From: a virus
Lineage: Duplodnaviria > Caudoviricetes
IMG/VR virus record: IMGVR_UViG_3300050821_000642
Location: 1,879 to 65,878 of that record
Length of the DNA: 64,000 nt
Direction: 5' to 3' (one strand)
Shown piece by piece: positions 18,215-26,958 of this stretch (position 1 is the first letter of the stretch; every line of letters starts with the position of its first letter). The position numbers and the translations under genes were made by a program. The notes beneath the pieces are model-generated. The model ran no database searches and had not been told where the DNA came from. It worked only from the letters and a program-made list of their open reading frames with translations.

Positions 18215-19002
18215 GCCTTCCTCCGATCCGGCCACAGCGGACGTGGCAGCAGCACTGTATCGCCTAACCTTTTGCCGGGTTCGCCCACCTCCACGATTGG
18301 CTTCTGGTCGTCGCCCATCATCTCACTCGCCAGCCATGTGTTCACGCGAACGTGAGTGGAGATGGTGTAGGTCACCTCCTTGGCGACCATCAGCGCGCCT
18401 GCGAAGCATCCCGGCCCAGCCTTGATGTAGTGGATATCGTTCATCCGCTCCATCGGCAGCGCTAACAGGTTTACGTGCGCCTCGCGAATGATCGCCTCGG
18501 GAGTTAGAAACTGGCTGCGCTCGACTGCCCGCCCAAGCGCATGGTCTGGCACCTCCAGCGTCCACAAGCCGTCTGCGAGTTCACAGCGATGCGTGCCAGC
18601 AACAATGTAGTTCACGCATACGCAGTCCTGCGTCAACGAGGCGCGCTCGGCATCAGTCACGGTGTCACCAGCTTTGACGAACACGGAGTTGCGTGGCTTG
18701 AGGTACGACCAGATCGCCAGCGCCTTGTTCCTCTCCAGAGTAACACCCTCCAGAAACGCCGCCTTGCCCCATCCGGCATGCAGCTTATCGAACGCTTTGC
18801 GTCGGGTCGAGGTCGAGCCGCGCACCATGTCGGCCACGATCTGCACCCGATCAGGCTTACGGAACACCCGTTCAAACGCGTCGTAGTGTTCGCCCAGCCT
18901 TCGTTTCCAGTGCCGTAGCTTGCCGCGCGTTTCCGCATCGCCATACGTGATAGTTGTTTTCGCTGGCCACGATGGCATCGGGTCTTTAGTCTTGTCGTCC
19001 AT
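18211..19002 (-). CDS. Hypothetical protein
   Basis: Long ORF containing HALGRAVER; start placed at MDDKTK. Confidence 0.65.
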   Translation of the reverse strand: MDDKTKDPMPSWPAKTTITYGDAETRGKLRHWKRRLGEHYDAFERVFRKPDRVQIVADMVRGSTSTRRKAFDKLHAGWGKAAFLEGVTLERNKALAIWSYLKPRNSVFVKAGDTVTDAERASLTQDCVCVNYIVAGTHRCELADGLWTLEVPDHALGRAVERSQFLTPEAIIREAHVNLLALPMERMNDIHYIKAGPGCFAGALMVAKEVTYTISTHVRVNTWLASEMMGDDQKPIVEVGEPGKRLGDTVLLPRPLWPDRRKA

Positions 19003-19198
19003 CTTCCATCTCCGTGCAGTCAACGACAACCGCTCCGTGGCCGTCATCCTCACCCGGCTCATAGGTGAACTCTAGCAGACCAGTCTTGCGGAAGATGTCT
19101 TCCGCCTTGGCGGTAGCTAGCCCTACACTAGGCGCGTCGATGTGGATGCGGTAGTACTTCCACACCTCTTGACATATCTGCACGTCGTACTTAGGCAT
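18986..19198 (-). CDS. Hypothetical protein
   Basis: GGAGAG RBS before MPKYDV. Confidence 0.55.
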   Translation of the reverse strand: MPKYDVQICQEVWKYYRIHIDAPSVGLATAKAEDIFRKTGLLEFTYEPGEDDGHGAVVVDCTEMEDGRQD

Positions 19199-19200
19199 GC

Positions 19201-19401
19201 TTACTCTCCCAACAATTTGCGCTCGACATACTCGGTTATCTCGCACTCACCAAATATGCTACCATCGGTTAAGTCTGCCTCGTCACGTAAAGCATTCCGC
19301 ACTATGTCGGCAGCGAGAAAGATCGGAGCGATGGGAGCAAACAACATTGTGCCAATGATTTGCACGGCCATCTTAGTGTTTGATATTGGTTTCTTATCCA
19401 T
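19201..19401 (-). CDS. Small membrane protein
   Basis: ATG after the palindrome at 19403-19418; one hydrophobic helix. Confidence 0.55.
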   Translation of the reverse strand: MDKKPISNTKMAVQIIGTMLFAPIAPIFLAADIVRNALRDEADLTDGSIFGECEITEYVERKLLGE

Positions 19402-19402
19402 G

Positions 19403-20809
19403 TTACTCTCCTGAGTTACCGACTTGCGGCGGGACGCGAACGATCTCACCCCACGGTGCGCCCGCATCCGTGATGCAGCCCCAGATCACTGGATACCTCG
19501 GAGCCGCATTGGGGAAGTCACCGTAAAGGTCTGTCAAGTAAACCAGAAGGTCAGGCTCCAGCCCCTCCTTAGCCACCCGCTCGAATGGCGCTACAAAGCT
19601 GGTGCCGCCGCCGCGCTTGAGCTTGCACTGGTAGAGATCGCTCACCCCATCCATCTCCGTCCACTCTTGAATGTCGGTATCGCATTGAACGAACACGAGG
19701 TTCTTCGGCTTGGCCTGCTCCAGCAGCGCCGTCGTCTCGGCCATGAACACCGCGAAGGTATCCTCGTCAATGGACCCAGACGTGTCCACCACGATCACGA
19801 TGGTGTCGCAACCGAACGACGCGCGCCCCGGTGCGCCGATCCCGCGATAGATCAGTTGCGGCTCCAACCGATCCCATGTGTATCGATCATTGCCGATCTT
19901 GCGGCTCACCGCCAAGCGATAGAGATCGCGCCAATCCGCTTTTGGATTAAGGCGCTTAACGAACAGCCGCTCAAGGTTGGCGGGCAGTCTGCCCTGAAGC
20001 TTGGCGCTCTCCATCGCCGCGTTAACCGTCGTGTCCCACTCGGCTTGGCTGCGCTCGCTCATCGCCTTGTTGGGCTTCTTGCCGGAACCACCACCGGGCT
20101 TTAATACTTTGTCGAACGCTTTGCCACTGCCCTCGCCTTGCGTCGTGCCAGCCTTGGTCGTGCGCTTGCACGCATCATCCACCGGCTTACCGCCCGGTCC
20201 CGGTTGGTCGCTCTCTTGCTCACCTCGCTTGTCACCGGGCTTGCGACCTCGGCTCTTGTTGATCTTGTACAGCAGCCGGTAGGCGTCCAGCACCGCCATA
20301 TCGCCATTGATAAGACCGGGCCAGTGCAGTCCGCCGTCAGGCATCTTGCCGATCTTGGCTTGAACCAGTTGATCGTTGATCACGTAGTCGGCAGCGATGT
20401 TCAACAACTCACCGTTAGCCGGGAGAACTAACCCATCGGAGTAACGTATCTCCTCGGCTTTCTGCAACATGTAGAACAGACCGGCATGGCCGTACATCGC
20501 GTGCGCGATCTCGTGGCAGGCGACGAACAGGCGCTCGTCCAGCGTCAGCTTGAAGAACCAGTCCATGTTGATGTAGAGGAACTTGTCGTCGGTCGCCGCC
20601 GTGTCCACTTGGTCGGTGAACCAAGCTTGCTCGCCGTCGCGATCCACCATCATCGCTAGCCAGATGTCGGCATAGGAGGGGACAGCCCACAGCATGCCAG
20701 CCTTGGTTTCGGCCCATAGCTGATTGCGGATGGCGTCGAGGCTCAGCTTCTTCCACCTGCCGCTGTCGCCAGCGACCGGGGACTTGAGATCGGTTTGAAC
20801 GAGGGGCAT
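19403..20809 (-). CDS. DUF2201-type metallopeptidase + VWA domain protein
   Basis: TAATD, HEIAH (HExxH), NIAADYVIN, MIDAS DTSGS, GGGTSF, YLTDLYG. Confidence 0.88.
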   Translation of the reverse strand: MPLVQTDLKSPVAGDSGRWKKLSLDAIRNQLWAETKAGMLWAVPSYADIWLAMMVDRDGEQAWFTDQVDTAATDDKFLYINMDWFFKLTLDERLFVACHEIAHAMYGHAGLFYMLQKAEEIRYSDGLVLPANGELLNIAADYVINDQLVQAKIGKMPDGGLHWPGLINGDMAVLDAYRLLYKINKSRGRKPGDKRGEQESDQPGPGGKPVDDACKRTTKAGTTQGEGSGKAFDKVLKPGGGSGKKPNKAMSERSQAEWDTTVNAAMESAKLQGRLPANLERLFVKRLNPKADWRDLYRLAVSRKIGNDRYTWDRLEPQLIYRGIGAPGRASFGCDTIVIVVDTSGSIDEDTFAVFMAETTALLEQAKPKNLVFVQCDTDIQEWTEMDGVSDLYQCKLKRGGGTSFVAPFERVAKEGLEPDLLVYLTDLYGDFPNAAPRYPVIWGCITDAGAPWGEIVRVPPQVGNSGE

Positions 20810-20811
20810 TG

Positions 20812-20970
20812 TTACTCTCTTGGGTTAGAGACAAAGCAGAATTTATGGACGATATCGCTATCGTCGCAGCGCATAGCTTCAGTCATTGCGGTGTCGGGGT
20901 CAGTAGCAGTAACCTCAATGACTAAGATTACAACCCACTTCTGCGGTATGGGTTCGCGCTCAGTCGCCAT
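20812..20970 (-). CDS. Small hypothetical protein (52 aa, MATEREPIP...)
   Basis: Starts after a near-palindrome at 20973 and stops on the TAA of the palindrome at 20812. Confidence 0.45.
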   Translation of the reverse strand: MATEREPIPQKWVVILVIEVTATDPDTAMTEAMRCDDSDIVHKFCFVSNPRE

Positions 20971-21343
20971 CGTCACTCTCTTGAGTAACTACCTCAAACA
21001 GCGGGATATCCTGCTTGCCGGATCGCGTGGCCATGCTCACGCTGATGGTCGGCGCGTTCTTCGCCAGCATGACGGTCGGGCCGTACATGTTGCGCGCGGT
21101 CTGCGTCACCATATCGATGAACGCTTTCTTAAGCGCGTCATCGTTCACGTCGATATCCACGCTCAGTCTTGTCTCGAATACGCATCGCATCTGATCACCT
21201 CGTATGGAGCTTAGGGTTTCGGATAGTGTGACTTCAATCGCGAGACGCCGCAGTCGCATCGAACGGTGCTTGATCTCGAATAGCTTTGGCACGGTATCGA
21301 TGGGCAGCAGGTGCTTGGGGACGCGCCGCGAGAGCGTACTCAC
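20960..21343 (-). CDS. Hypothetical protein (possible internal start at 21190)
   Basis: Overlap with the AAA gene stop; GAGGTG precedes an internal ATG. Confidence 0.5.
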   Translation of the reverse strand: MSTLSRRVPKHLLPIDTVPKLFEIKHRSMRLRRLAIEVTLSETLSSIRGDQMRCVFETRLSVDIDVNDDALKKAFIDMVTQTARNMYGPTVMLAKNAPTISVSMATRSGKQDIPLFEVVTQESDDGD

Positions 21344-22452
21344 TTATCCTCGACCTTGTAGCGGTTGAGTACCGCAATCAGCGCCGTCTTCTTGGCGCAC
21401 CACTCGGCAAAGTGCGGCTCAAACGCCAGTTGATAGTTGCGTTGCACTGCCATACGGACGAACATAACCTGATGCTCTTCCGGCATGCGCGCCATGAACG
21501 CCAGCGCTTGCGCCGCATCCTTGGGCGTCACCCGCGCCGCGATCTTGTAGCTCAACAGCCGTTGCGCGTCGGGCTTACTCGGCAGAGTAACCGTCTTCGG
21601 GTTGGAGATGTACTCCTCGTAAGGCTTAAGCTCCTGACCCAGCCGTATCGTCTTGACCAGTTGCGCGCAGGCAGGCTTGCCAATGCCGCCGTTGATCTCT
21701 TCGATTGTGAGCGGGTCGGTCGGTATCTCGTTGGTGTCGAACGCGCTCATGAGGCTGCGCAGATGAATGTCCACCTGATGCAGGGTTCTGGGTGAACAGC
21801 GCGGGCGTTGATCCTCGGGTTGCGGCTCAAACAGAAGCTGCGGGTTTTCTTCCGCGAACTGGATCACTTCGGGCAGCACGTTGATGCTCCTGAAGTACTC
21901 GACCGTGCATTCCACGTCGTCGGTCACCTCCAGCGAGATGCGCCGCATGATCATGTGGTCAAGATCGCGCGTCGATCCTGAACGATTGGTCAGCCGGTTA
22001 CCCGCGAACATCACCACCCAGCCGGGCGGCAGCTTGCGGTTGCCCAGCATCTTGCTGAGCGCGGCCTCGCCAACGATCTTCTTCTCGTCCAGCCCAAGCT
22101 TGTCGTACTCGTCAATGAGCAGGATGCCGCCGCTGAACTCATCGAGCGGCTCGCCGGTATCGTAGTCCTGATACCAATACGGCAGGGTGAACTTGGCAAC
22201 ATCCTGCCCCTTGGCGTCCTTGCTCGGGATCATAAACCCCATGCCGGTCATCAGGGTGAAGTTCGCGCCATTGATCAAGGCGAAGCCCCACTTGCCAGCG
22301 GGGTCAACGCGCTTCATGATCTTCTTGAAGCGACGAAAGATCGAGGTCTTGCCTCGACCGGGATCGGAGGTGATCAGATACGATGGCCCGCCATCCTCCA
22401 ATGCACTGTAGTACATCGCAGGCAAGCGCGCTTCCAGTTGGTTGAGCTTCAT
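21340..22452 (-). CDS. MoxR-like AAA+ ATPase
   Basis: Walker A SDPGRGKTS, Walker B LLIDE, FAGN sensor I, SPRT; upstream of the VWA gene. Confidence 0.85.
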   Translation of the reverse strand: MKLNQLEARLPAMYYSALEDGGPSYLITSDPGRGKTSIFRRFKKIMKRVDPAGKWGFALINGANFTLMTGMGFMIPSKDAKGQDVAKFTLPYWYQDYDTGEPLDEFSGGILLIDEYDKLGLDEKKIVGEAALSKMLGNRKLPPGWVVMFAGNRLTNRSGSTRDLDHMIMRRISLEVTDDVECTVEYFRSINVLPEVIQFAEENPQLLFEPQPEDQRPRCSPRTLHQVDIHLRSLMSAFDTNEIPTDPLTIEEINGGIGKPACAQLVKTIRLGQELKPYEEYISNPKTVTLPSKPDAQRLLSYKIAARVTPKDAAQALAFMARMPEEHQVMFVRMAVQRNYQLAFEPHFAEWCAKKTALIAVLNRYKVEDK

Positions 22453-22649
22453 GGGTACGTTACTCTCGTGGGTTAGGGGTTAAACACTAGAAAGTGCGCC
22501 CGCGTCAGGGCGCGAGCGGGGCGGCAAAGACGGGGGGCTTGTTTGTCTCTGCCGCCCCTAGACGGCTCACGCGGGGGTGCTAGAGCCGTCGTTAGTTTCA
22601 TGCAAGTTTACATAATATCTCGTAGACCTCGCATGAATTTACGTAAAGC

Positions 22650-22916
22650 TTATGCGACCTTGCGTCCGCTGTCCTCAAAAGCGGGCTTCATGGTGCGCAT
22701 GTAGCGAATGGTGTTCTCCCACGCGACGGCGATGGCGGCTTTGTCGCCGCTATCCGCCGCCGTCTCGTAGGCGGAAATGATCCTCAACCCGGCATGGGTG
22801 AGGTTCGCGTACTTGCGTGCGTAGTCGAGTGCGCGTGGATGCAAACCCTCGCCTTCAGCCCAGCGCACGGTGCGAGCGATCAAAGCATCGCGCGCCGTGT
22901 TGCCTATGTCGTTCAT
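22650..22916 (-). CDS. Hypothetical protein
   Basis: AAGGGAG RBS within a palindrome; promoter upstream. Confidence 0.6.
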   Translation of the reverse strand: MNDIGNTARDALIARTVRWAEGEGLHPRALDYARKYANLTHAGLRIISAYETAADSGDKAAIAVAWENTIRYMRTMKPAFEDSGRKVA

Positions 22917-22952
22917 TCGTCGGTTACTCCCTTGGGTAATGCCACGCAGGAT

Positions 22953-22981
22953 TGCATAGCATACGTGTCAACGCTTGTCAA
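22953..22981 (-). promoter_or_regulatory. Sigma70-type promoter with tandem TTGACA
   Basis: Minus strand reads TTGACA-agcg-TTGACA-cgtatgc-TATGCA; same layout as 13092-13120. Confidence 0.6.
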
Positions 22982-23004
22982 CACACTTATAGGTTGTACT
23001 CGCG

Positions 23005-23196
23005 TTACTCGCCTTCGTCGTGCTCGGGCGTGTCGGTTTTGTGATAGTTGGCGATGTGCCATCGCAGCCGATCCTCATCGCTGAGTGGGATGGCGCAGCA
23101 GCAAACCACGCTGTCGTCCAGCTTGCACGCTTCGCGCAGCGCGCCCTCGTGGTCGTCGGCCTCCACCTCAACGGTGAGCGTCACTTGCCATAGCAT
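23005..23196 (-). CDS. Hypothetical protein
   Basis: ATG 1 nt after the upstream stop. Confidence 0.5.
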   Translation of the reverse strand: MLWQVTLTVEVEADDHEGALREACKLDDSVVCCCAIPLSDEDRLRWHIANYHKTDTPEHDEGE

Positions 23197-23197
23197 C

Positions 23198-23422
23198 TTA
23201 TTTGTCCAATGCGTTCGGCACGCCGCACGCGGCGACAAACTTACCTTTGCTGAACTTGGGGTTGTCGGCAGCGAGCGCTTCAACCACTGCGATCACGCAG
23301 TCTTTCCACATGCCGTACGCTTCGCTGTGGTATGTGTAGTCCATATGCTTCATGTCGCCCGCGTACACTGGCTTCTTCGCTTTAAGCGCCAACGCCAGCG
23401 CGATGTAGTCTTTCTTGGTCAT
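23198..23422 (-). CDS. Conserved small early phage protein
   Basis: MTKKDYIALA...LAADNPKF...KFVAAC pattern; ATGA overlap. Confidence 0.65.
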   Translation of the reverse strand: MTKKDYIALALALKAKKPVYAGDMKHMDYTYHSEAYGMWKDCVIAVVEALAADNPKFSKGKFVAACGVPNALDK

Positions 23423-23649
23423 CGCTTCTTGCTCCACTTCAGAGTTGGGTACAGCTTGAGCGCTCCCGCGCGTGCAGCTTTCACGGTCGTCACGTGCATC
23501 CACAACTCGTCATAGATGCGGCCCGACTTGGTGAACTTGAGAGTGACGAGGTACACGCCCTTGCGCTGCCGCTCGACCGTGGCCGTCATCGGCATGTCGT
23601 CCGGTCGTCTAACCGGCATGCGATTGAAGATGTGCATTGGGGCGCGCAT
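23419..23649 (-). CDS. Hypothetical protein
   Basis: ATG after a near-palindrome at 23651-23666. Confidence 0.55.
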   Translation of the reverse strand: MRAPMHIFNRMPVRRPDDMPMTATVERQRKGVYLVTLKFTKSGRIYDELWMHVTTVKAARAGALKLYPTLKWSKKR

Positions 23650-24046
23650 GGTACTCTCGTGGGTTAGAAGGAAAGTGGCAGACTATCTCCGGTCTGCCAG
23701 CGGCCTGTTTGTCGTACAGGTGGAACGCCCTTGTGCGGCTAGGGGAGCCAGCTTGTTAACGACGTTGCGTTGTCGCGCCTTCCGGCAATGAATGGTTGCA
23801 AACGCGCATTGCGCACGGAGCGCAAGTCTTGCGAGTGAACCGTTACTCTGTTGAGTGACTTGTCTACTTGCGGCAAGTAGATATGGGGCCGCTATGAAGA
23901 GGCGCGTACGCCGTCAACGTTTCATTTTAGCACGCGCGTTGTTGATAGTTGTGGTCACAAAAAGCGGCGGCACCAAGTTAATGATACCGCCGCCAAGCCC
24001 CGCGTCACTGGGGAGGGACGCGAGGTTACCTTTGTGGGTAAGAAGG

Positions 24047-25012
24047 CTAAGCCGCCTTCTTACCCTTGTTCGCCGCGCGCTCCTCGGCCTCGCGCCGCTT
24101 CTGCTCGGCCTCGGCCATCTCCTTGTCGAACGCGGCCTGCGCCTCGGGCGACGCATCGCCCAACGCCCGGTAGAGCGCGTCGATAGCGTCATCGAGGTTT
24201 TTGCTGACCAAGGGAGCGCGGTAGTTTTTGTCGCTGTGGCTACCCTTCTGCGCGCTAAGCGCCGCATCGAGCGCCTGCCGCACTTTTGTCGCCGCCGTGG
24301 TCGGACCCGACTCGGTGACATCGCGAGCGATATGCTTGTGCATCTGCTCGTCGGTCATCGGTTGCCCCGCGTACTTCTCGCGAAGCTGCTCGGTGACGAT
24401 GGACCCCAACACCGTGTAGGTTGACCCTTTCATCACCGCCTTGGGATTAGCAGCCTTGGCGGTGAGGTGGACGCCAATGGCGCGTGAGACGATATCGACC
24501 GCCTCCTCCATGCCATTGCCCAACTTGATGAAAGTGCGCACCTTGCTCACCTGCTGAGTGAGCGACTCGGGGTCGCCGCCCACCTCGTCGTCGGGGATCA
24601 ATCCGGCATCGGTGGTGGCGCGCTTGTCAGCCCGCGCCTTGAAGGTCTTGTACAACTCTTCCGCGTCCGACTCGCCAACCGTACGGTTGACAGCGGCCTC
24701 GGTGACCTCCTGCGCCAACTCGATCATGCTGGTTTTGCCAGCGCCGTACGCCTCGCCGATCTCGCCGATCTTGCTCATCAGCTTGCGGCGCTGCCGGTTT
24801 TTGGCGCGCTTCTCGTCGGCCTCGTTGACGTTGACGCCTGCGGCCTCCTGATCGGCCTCGGCTTGCGCCTGCTCACTCTCCTGAGTGACTTCGTTCTCGG
24901 GCGCAACCGCGTTCGGATCAGCAGCACTCCACTCCTGATCCACAACCGCTTCGGGATTGTTCTCGTCCTCGATCTCAACCTCGTTGCCGGTCGCCAATGC
25001 TTTCTTAACCAT
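24047..25012 (-). CDS. Hypothetical acidic/helical early protein
   Basis: GAGGTG RBS; strong GC3 codon bias; own promoter. Confidence 0.75.
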   Translation of the reverse strand: MVKKALATGNEVEIEDENNPEAVVDQEWSAADPNAVAPENEVTQESEQAQAEADQEAAGVNVNEADEKRAKNRQRRKLMSKIGEIGEAYGAGKTSMIELAQEVTEAAVNRTVGESDAEELYKTFKARADKRATTDAGLIPDDEVGGDPESLTQQVSKVRTFIKLGNGMEEAVDIVSRAIGVHLTAKAANPKAVMKGSTYTVLGSIVTEQLREKYAGQPMTDEQMHKHIARDVTESGPTTAATKVRQALDAALSAQKGSHSDKNYRAPLVSKNLDDAIDALYRALGDASPEAQAAFDKEMAEAEQKRREAEERAANKGKKAA

Positions 25013-25096
25013 ACGGAACACCTCATGCTTTCTGTGACTGTAAACGCTCGTCACCAGCGATCCATAACCAGATTGTTAATATCCGGCAGTGGGAAG

Positions 25097-25125
25097 AGTA
25101 AAGCATACGCGCGCACGCATGTCAA
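25097..25125 (-). promoter_or_regulatory. Sigma70-type promoter
   Basis: Minus strand reads TTGACA-17 nt-(TG)C-TTTACT. Confidence 0.55.
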
Positions 25126-25192
25126 GCGGATATTGTTACACACGTTGACACACGTGTGGCGTGTTGATAGTTGTTGGTGCGCGCTGTGGTTG

Positions 25193-25441
25193 CTACGAGC
25201 CACCACCGGCATACTCATCGACAAGGCAGTCGTAGCAGAACGTTTCGTACGGCCCGTTGGTATTCATGCCGGGCTTGAACTCGGACTGACATAGCGCGGC
25301 ATAGAGGTTAGACCATTGCCCACTATGGTAGTGGCACGCAAACCAATAGATCGCCTCCTCGATATCGAAGCGAATGTCCTCGCTGCCCGCGCATGTCTTG
25401 GCGAGGAAGTCAAACATCTCTTGATGCGTTGGATCACGCAT
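25193..25441 (-). CDS. Hypothetical early protein
   Basis: AGGAG RBS in a palindrome; IEEAIYWFA.HYHSGQWSNLY. Confidence 0.65.
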   Translation of the reverse strand: MRDPTHQEMFDFLAKTCAGSEDIRFDIEEAIYWFACHYHSGQWSNLYAALCQSEFKPGMNTNGPYETFCYDCLVDEYAGGGS

Positions 25442-25645
25442 AGTTACTCTCCTGAGTTAACTCACTACTGATAGCGCCCATTCGACTGCTCGTGCCGACG
25501 TGGACGCTATCAATGCTGAGTTACGCTCTTGCTGTCGCGCCAGTGTTTAGCTGGCGAGGTGCATGGTCGCCTCCTGTGTTGGCGCTGCACTCGTTGATTG
25601 ATTTCAGAGCGCAGGTTGTTAGCGCGTCGGTCTATCGCGCGGCCC

Positions 25646-25864
25646 TTATACGAGATACGACAAGCGCTTGCAGTGCTGCCAGTCCACCGCCCATAGCTTG
25701 ACGCGCCGGGCGTTGTGCGGCAGCGCATCGAGCTTCACATAGGCATAAGCAGCGATGCCAGTCTTGCCGCCGCGCTTGGAGGTGACGACGCCATAACGCG
25801 CGCCGCGCATCCACCAATCGTAGTGAACGGGTAACTCAATGCGGTCGCCAACGTTGATATGCAT
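25646..25864 (-). CDS. Small beta-barrel (SH3-like) protein
   Basis: AGGAG RBS; VGDRIEL...GVV...YVKLD. Confidence 0.6.
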   Translation of the reverse strand: MHINVGDRIELPVHYDWWMRGARYGVVTSKRGGKTGIAAYAYVKLDALPHNARRVKLWAVDWQHCKRLSYLV

Positions 25865-25928
25865 TGTGTGTTGTTCTCCTATTGTACGCGCCGTGCGGGA
25901 GATATATATCTCCCCGCCGGTGAGTGAA

Positions 25929-26117
25929 TTACTCAGGTGAGTAAGTGAGTAGGAGTTGCGAGTGCGCGTGGTTACCGCGCTTCGATTGCCGCCGTGATCC
26001 GGCAGGAGAGAGTGGACGATAGGCGCGGCTGACGCACCACATGAAGGTGAGGCGACCGATCTTAACGAAGCGAAGTCCGCCTACCTTGCGATATGAGATG
26101 TTAAACGGTTGGGCCAC
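25929..26117 (-). CDS. Small basic hypothetical protein
   Basis: GGAGAGG RBS then GTG; ends in a palindrome. Confidence 0.45.
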   Translation of the reverse strand: MAQPFNISYRKVGGLRFVKIGRLTFMWCVSRAYRPLSPAGSRRQSKRGNHAHSQLLLTYSPE

Positions 26118-26283
26118 CGATAATTCCTCTCCATGCTTTGAGTAAGTCTTGAACCAGTTGAGCAGCAGCGGCGCGCTGTGTTGGCGTGCCATGCTGCTCA
26201 GCCCACGCTTGAAGGCCATTGGCATTGGCGATCATGCGGTTGAGCAGCTTATATTGATAGTCTCTGCTGTAAGTCTTGTTCAC
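26101..26283 (-). CDS. Hypothetical protein
   Basis: AGGAG RBS then GTG. Confidence 0.55.
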   Translation of the reverse strand: MNKTYSRDYQYKLLNRMIANANGLQAWAEQHGTPTQRAAAAQLVQDLLKAWRGIIGGPTV

Positions 26284-26289
26284 ACGACA

Positions 26290-26680
26290 CTCCTATATCA
26301 ATGGGTTAGCTAATTCAGTTAATGTAGTTCGTATGAACACTGAATTATAACCCATTGATATCGTTAGCTTTATGAATTACACAGGGCTATATTCATATTC
26401 ATATTGGCGAAGTGTGGGCTATAGGTCACTCATGAGAGTAAAACGGCCCATAGTGCAAACTTTCTTTTTCAAAAAATTCTCTACAGGAGCCTTATTATTA
26501 TTATGAATTATGAATTACACTATATAGTGTACTCAAACCTATGATAACACCCTGATTTTACTAACTTTTTCGCCCTGCCGGATATTCATAAGCGTCCGGG
26601 GGAAGAATAGCATGAATAAGGTTACTCACGTGAGTAACCCCCCAAAGCGCGCAAATTCACTTACTCACGTGAGTAAGCGC
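26290..26680. promoter_or_regulatory. AT-rich control region (candidate origin) with large hairpin and two perfect palindromes
   Basis: Marked AT enrichment, repeated ATGAAT/ATTCAT, hairpin at 26295-26361, TTACTCACGTGAGTAA at 26622 and 26661. Confidence 0.55.
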
Positions 26681-26739
26681 GTCTAACCACCGTTGGAGCG
26701 CATCGTAGCGCTCCAACTCTTGTTCTGTGCGGTCGTCCA

Positions 26740-26958
26740 TCACTTGAAGCTCACGCGCCGCACCATGCGCGCACCCGACTTCACGAGCTTGCGCTTTGGC
26801 GCGTTCACGTCAATCGTCTGGACAATCCCGACGATACGATCTTTCGTCGGCGCGGCCATTGTGCGAAGCATCAAGGGCGCACCTTCAGCGCGACCCAGCG
26901 ACCGCTCGTAGTTACGGGCAATCGTAAAGGCGCGCTGCTGTTGCTTGTAGTAGTTCAT
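26740..26958 (-). CDS. First gene of leftward arm, small basic protein
   Basis: AAGGAG RBS, ATG 26958. Confidence 0.6.
   Translation of the reverse strand: MNYYKQQQRAFTIARNYERSLGRAEGAPLMLRTMAAPTKDRIVGIVQTIDVNAPKRKLVKSGARMVRRVSFK

Noticed and set aside
12050-25459. CRISPR array or mini-array formed by the repeated 16-mer
   Set aside because: Copies are hundreds to thousands of bp apart and separated by genes, not by 30-40 nt spacers. The Cas4-like nuclease sits in a normal replication module.
26620-26677. parS identity of the perfect palindromes (shared CACGTG core)
   Set aside because: The arms differ from TGTTTCACGTGAAACA, the centre is the variable part in other copies, and no ParA/ParB was seen.
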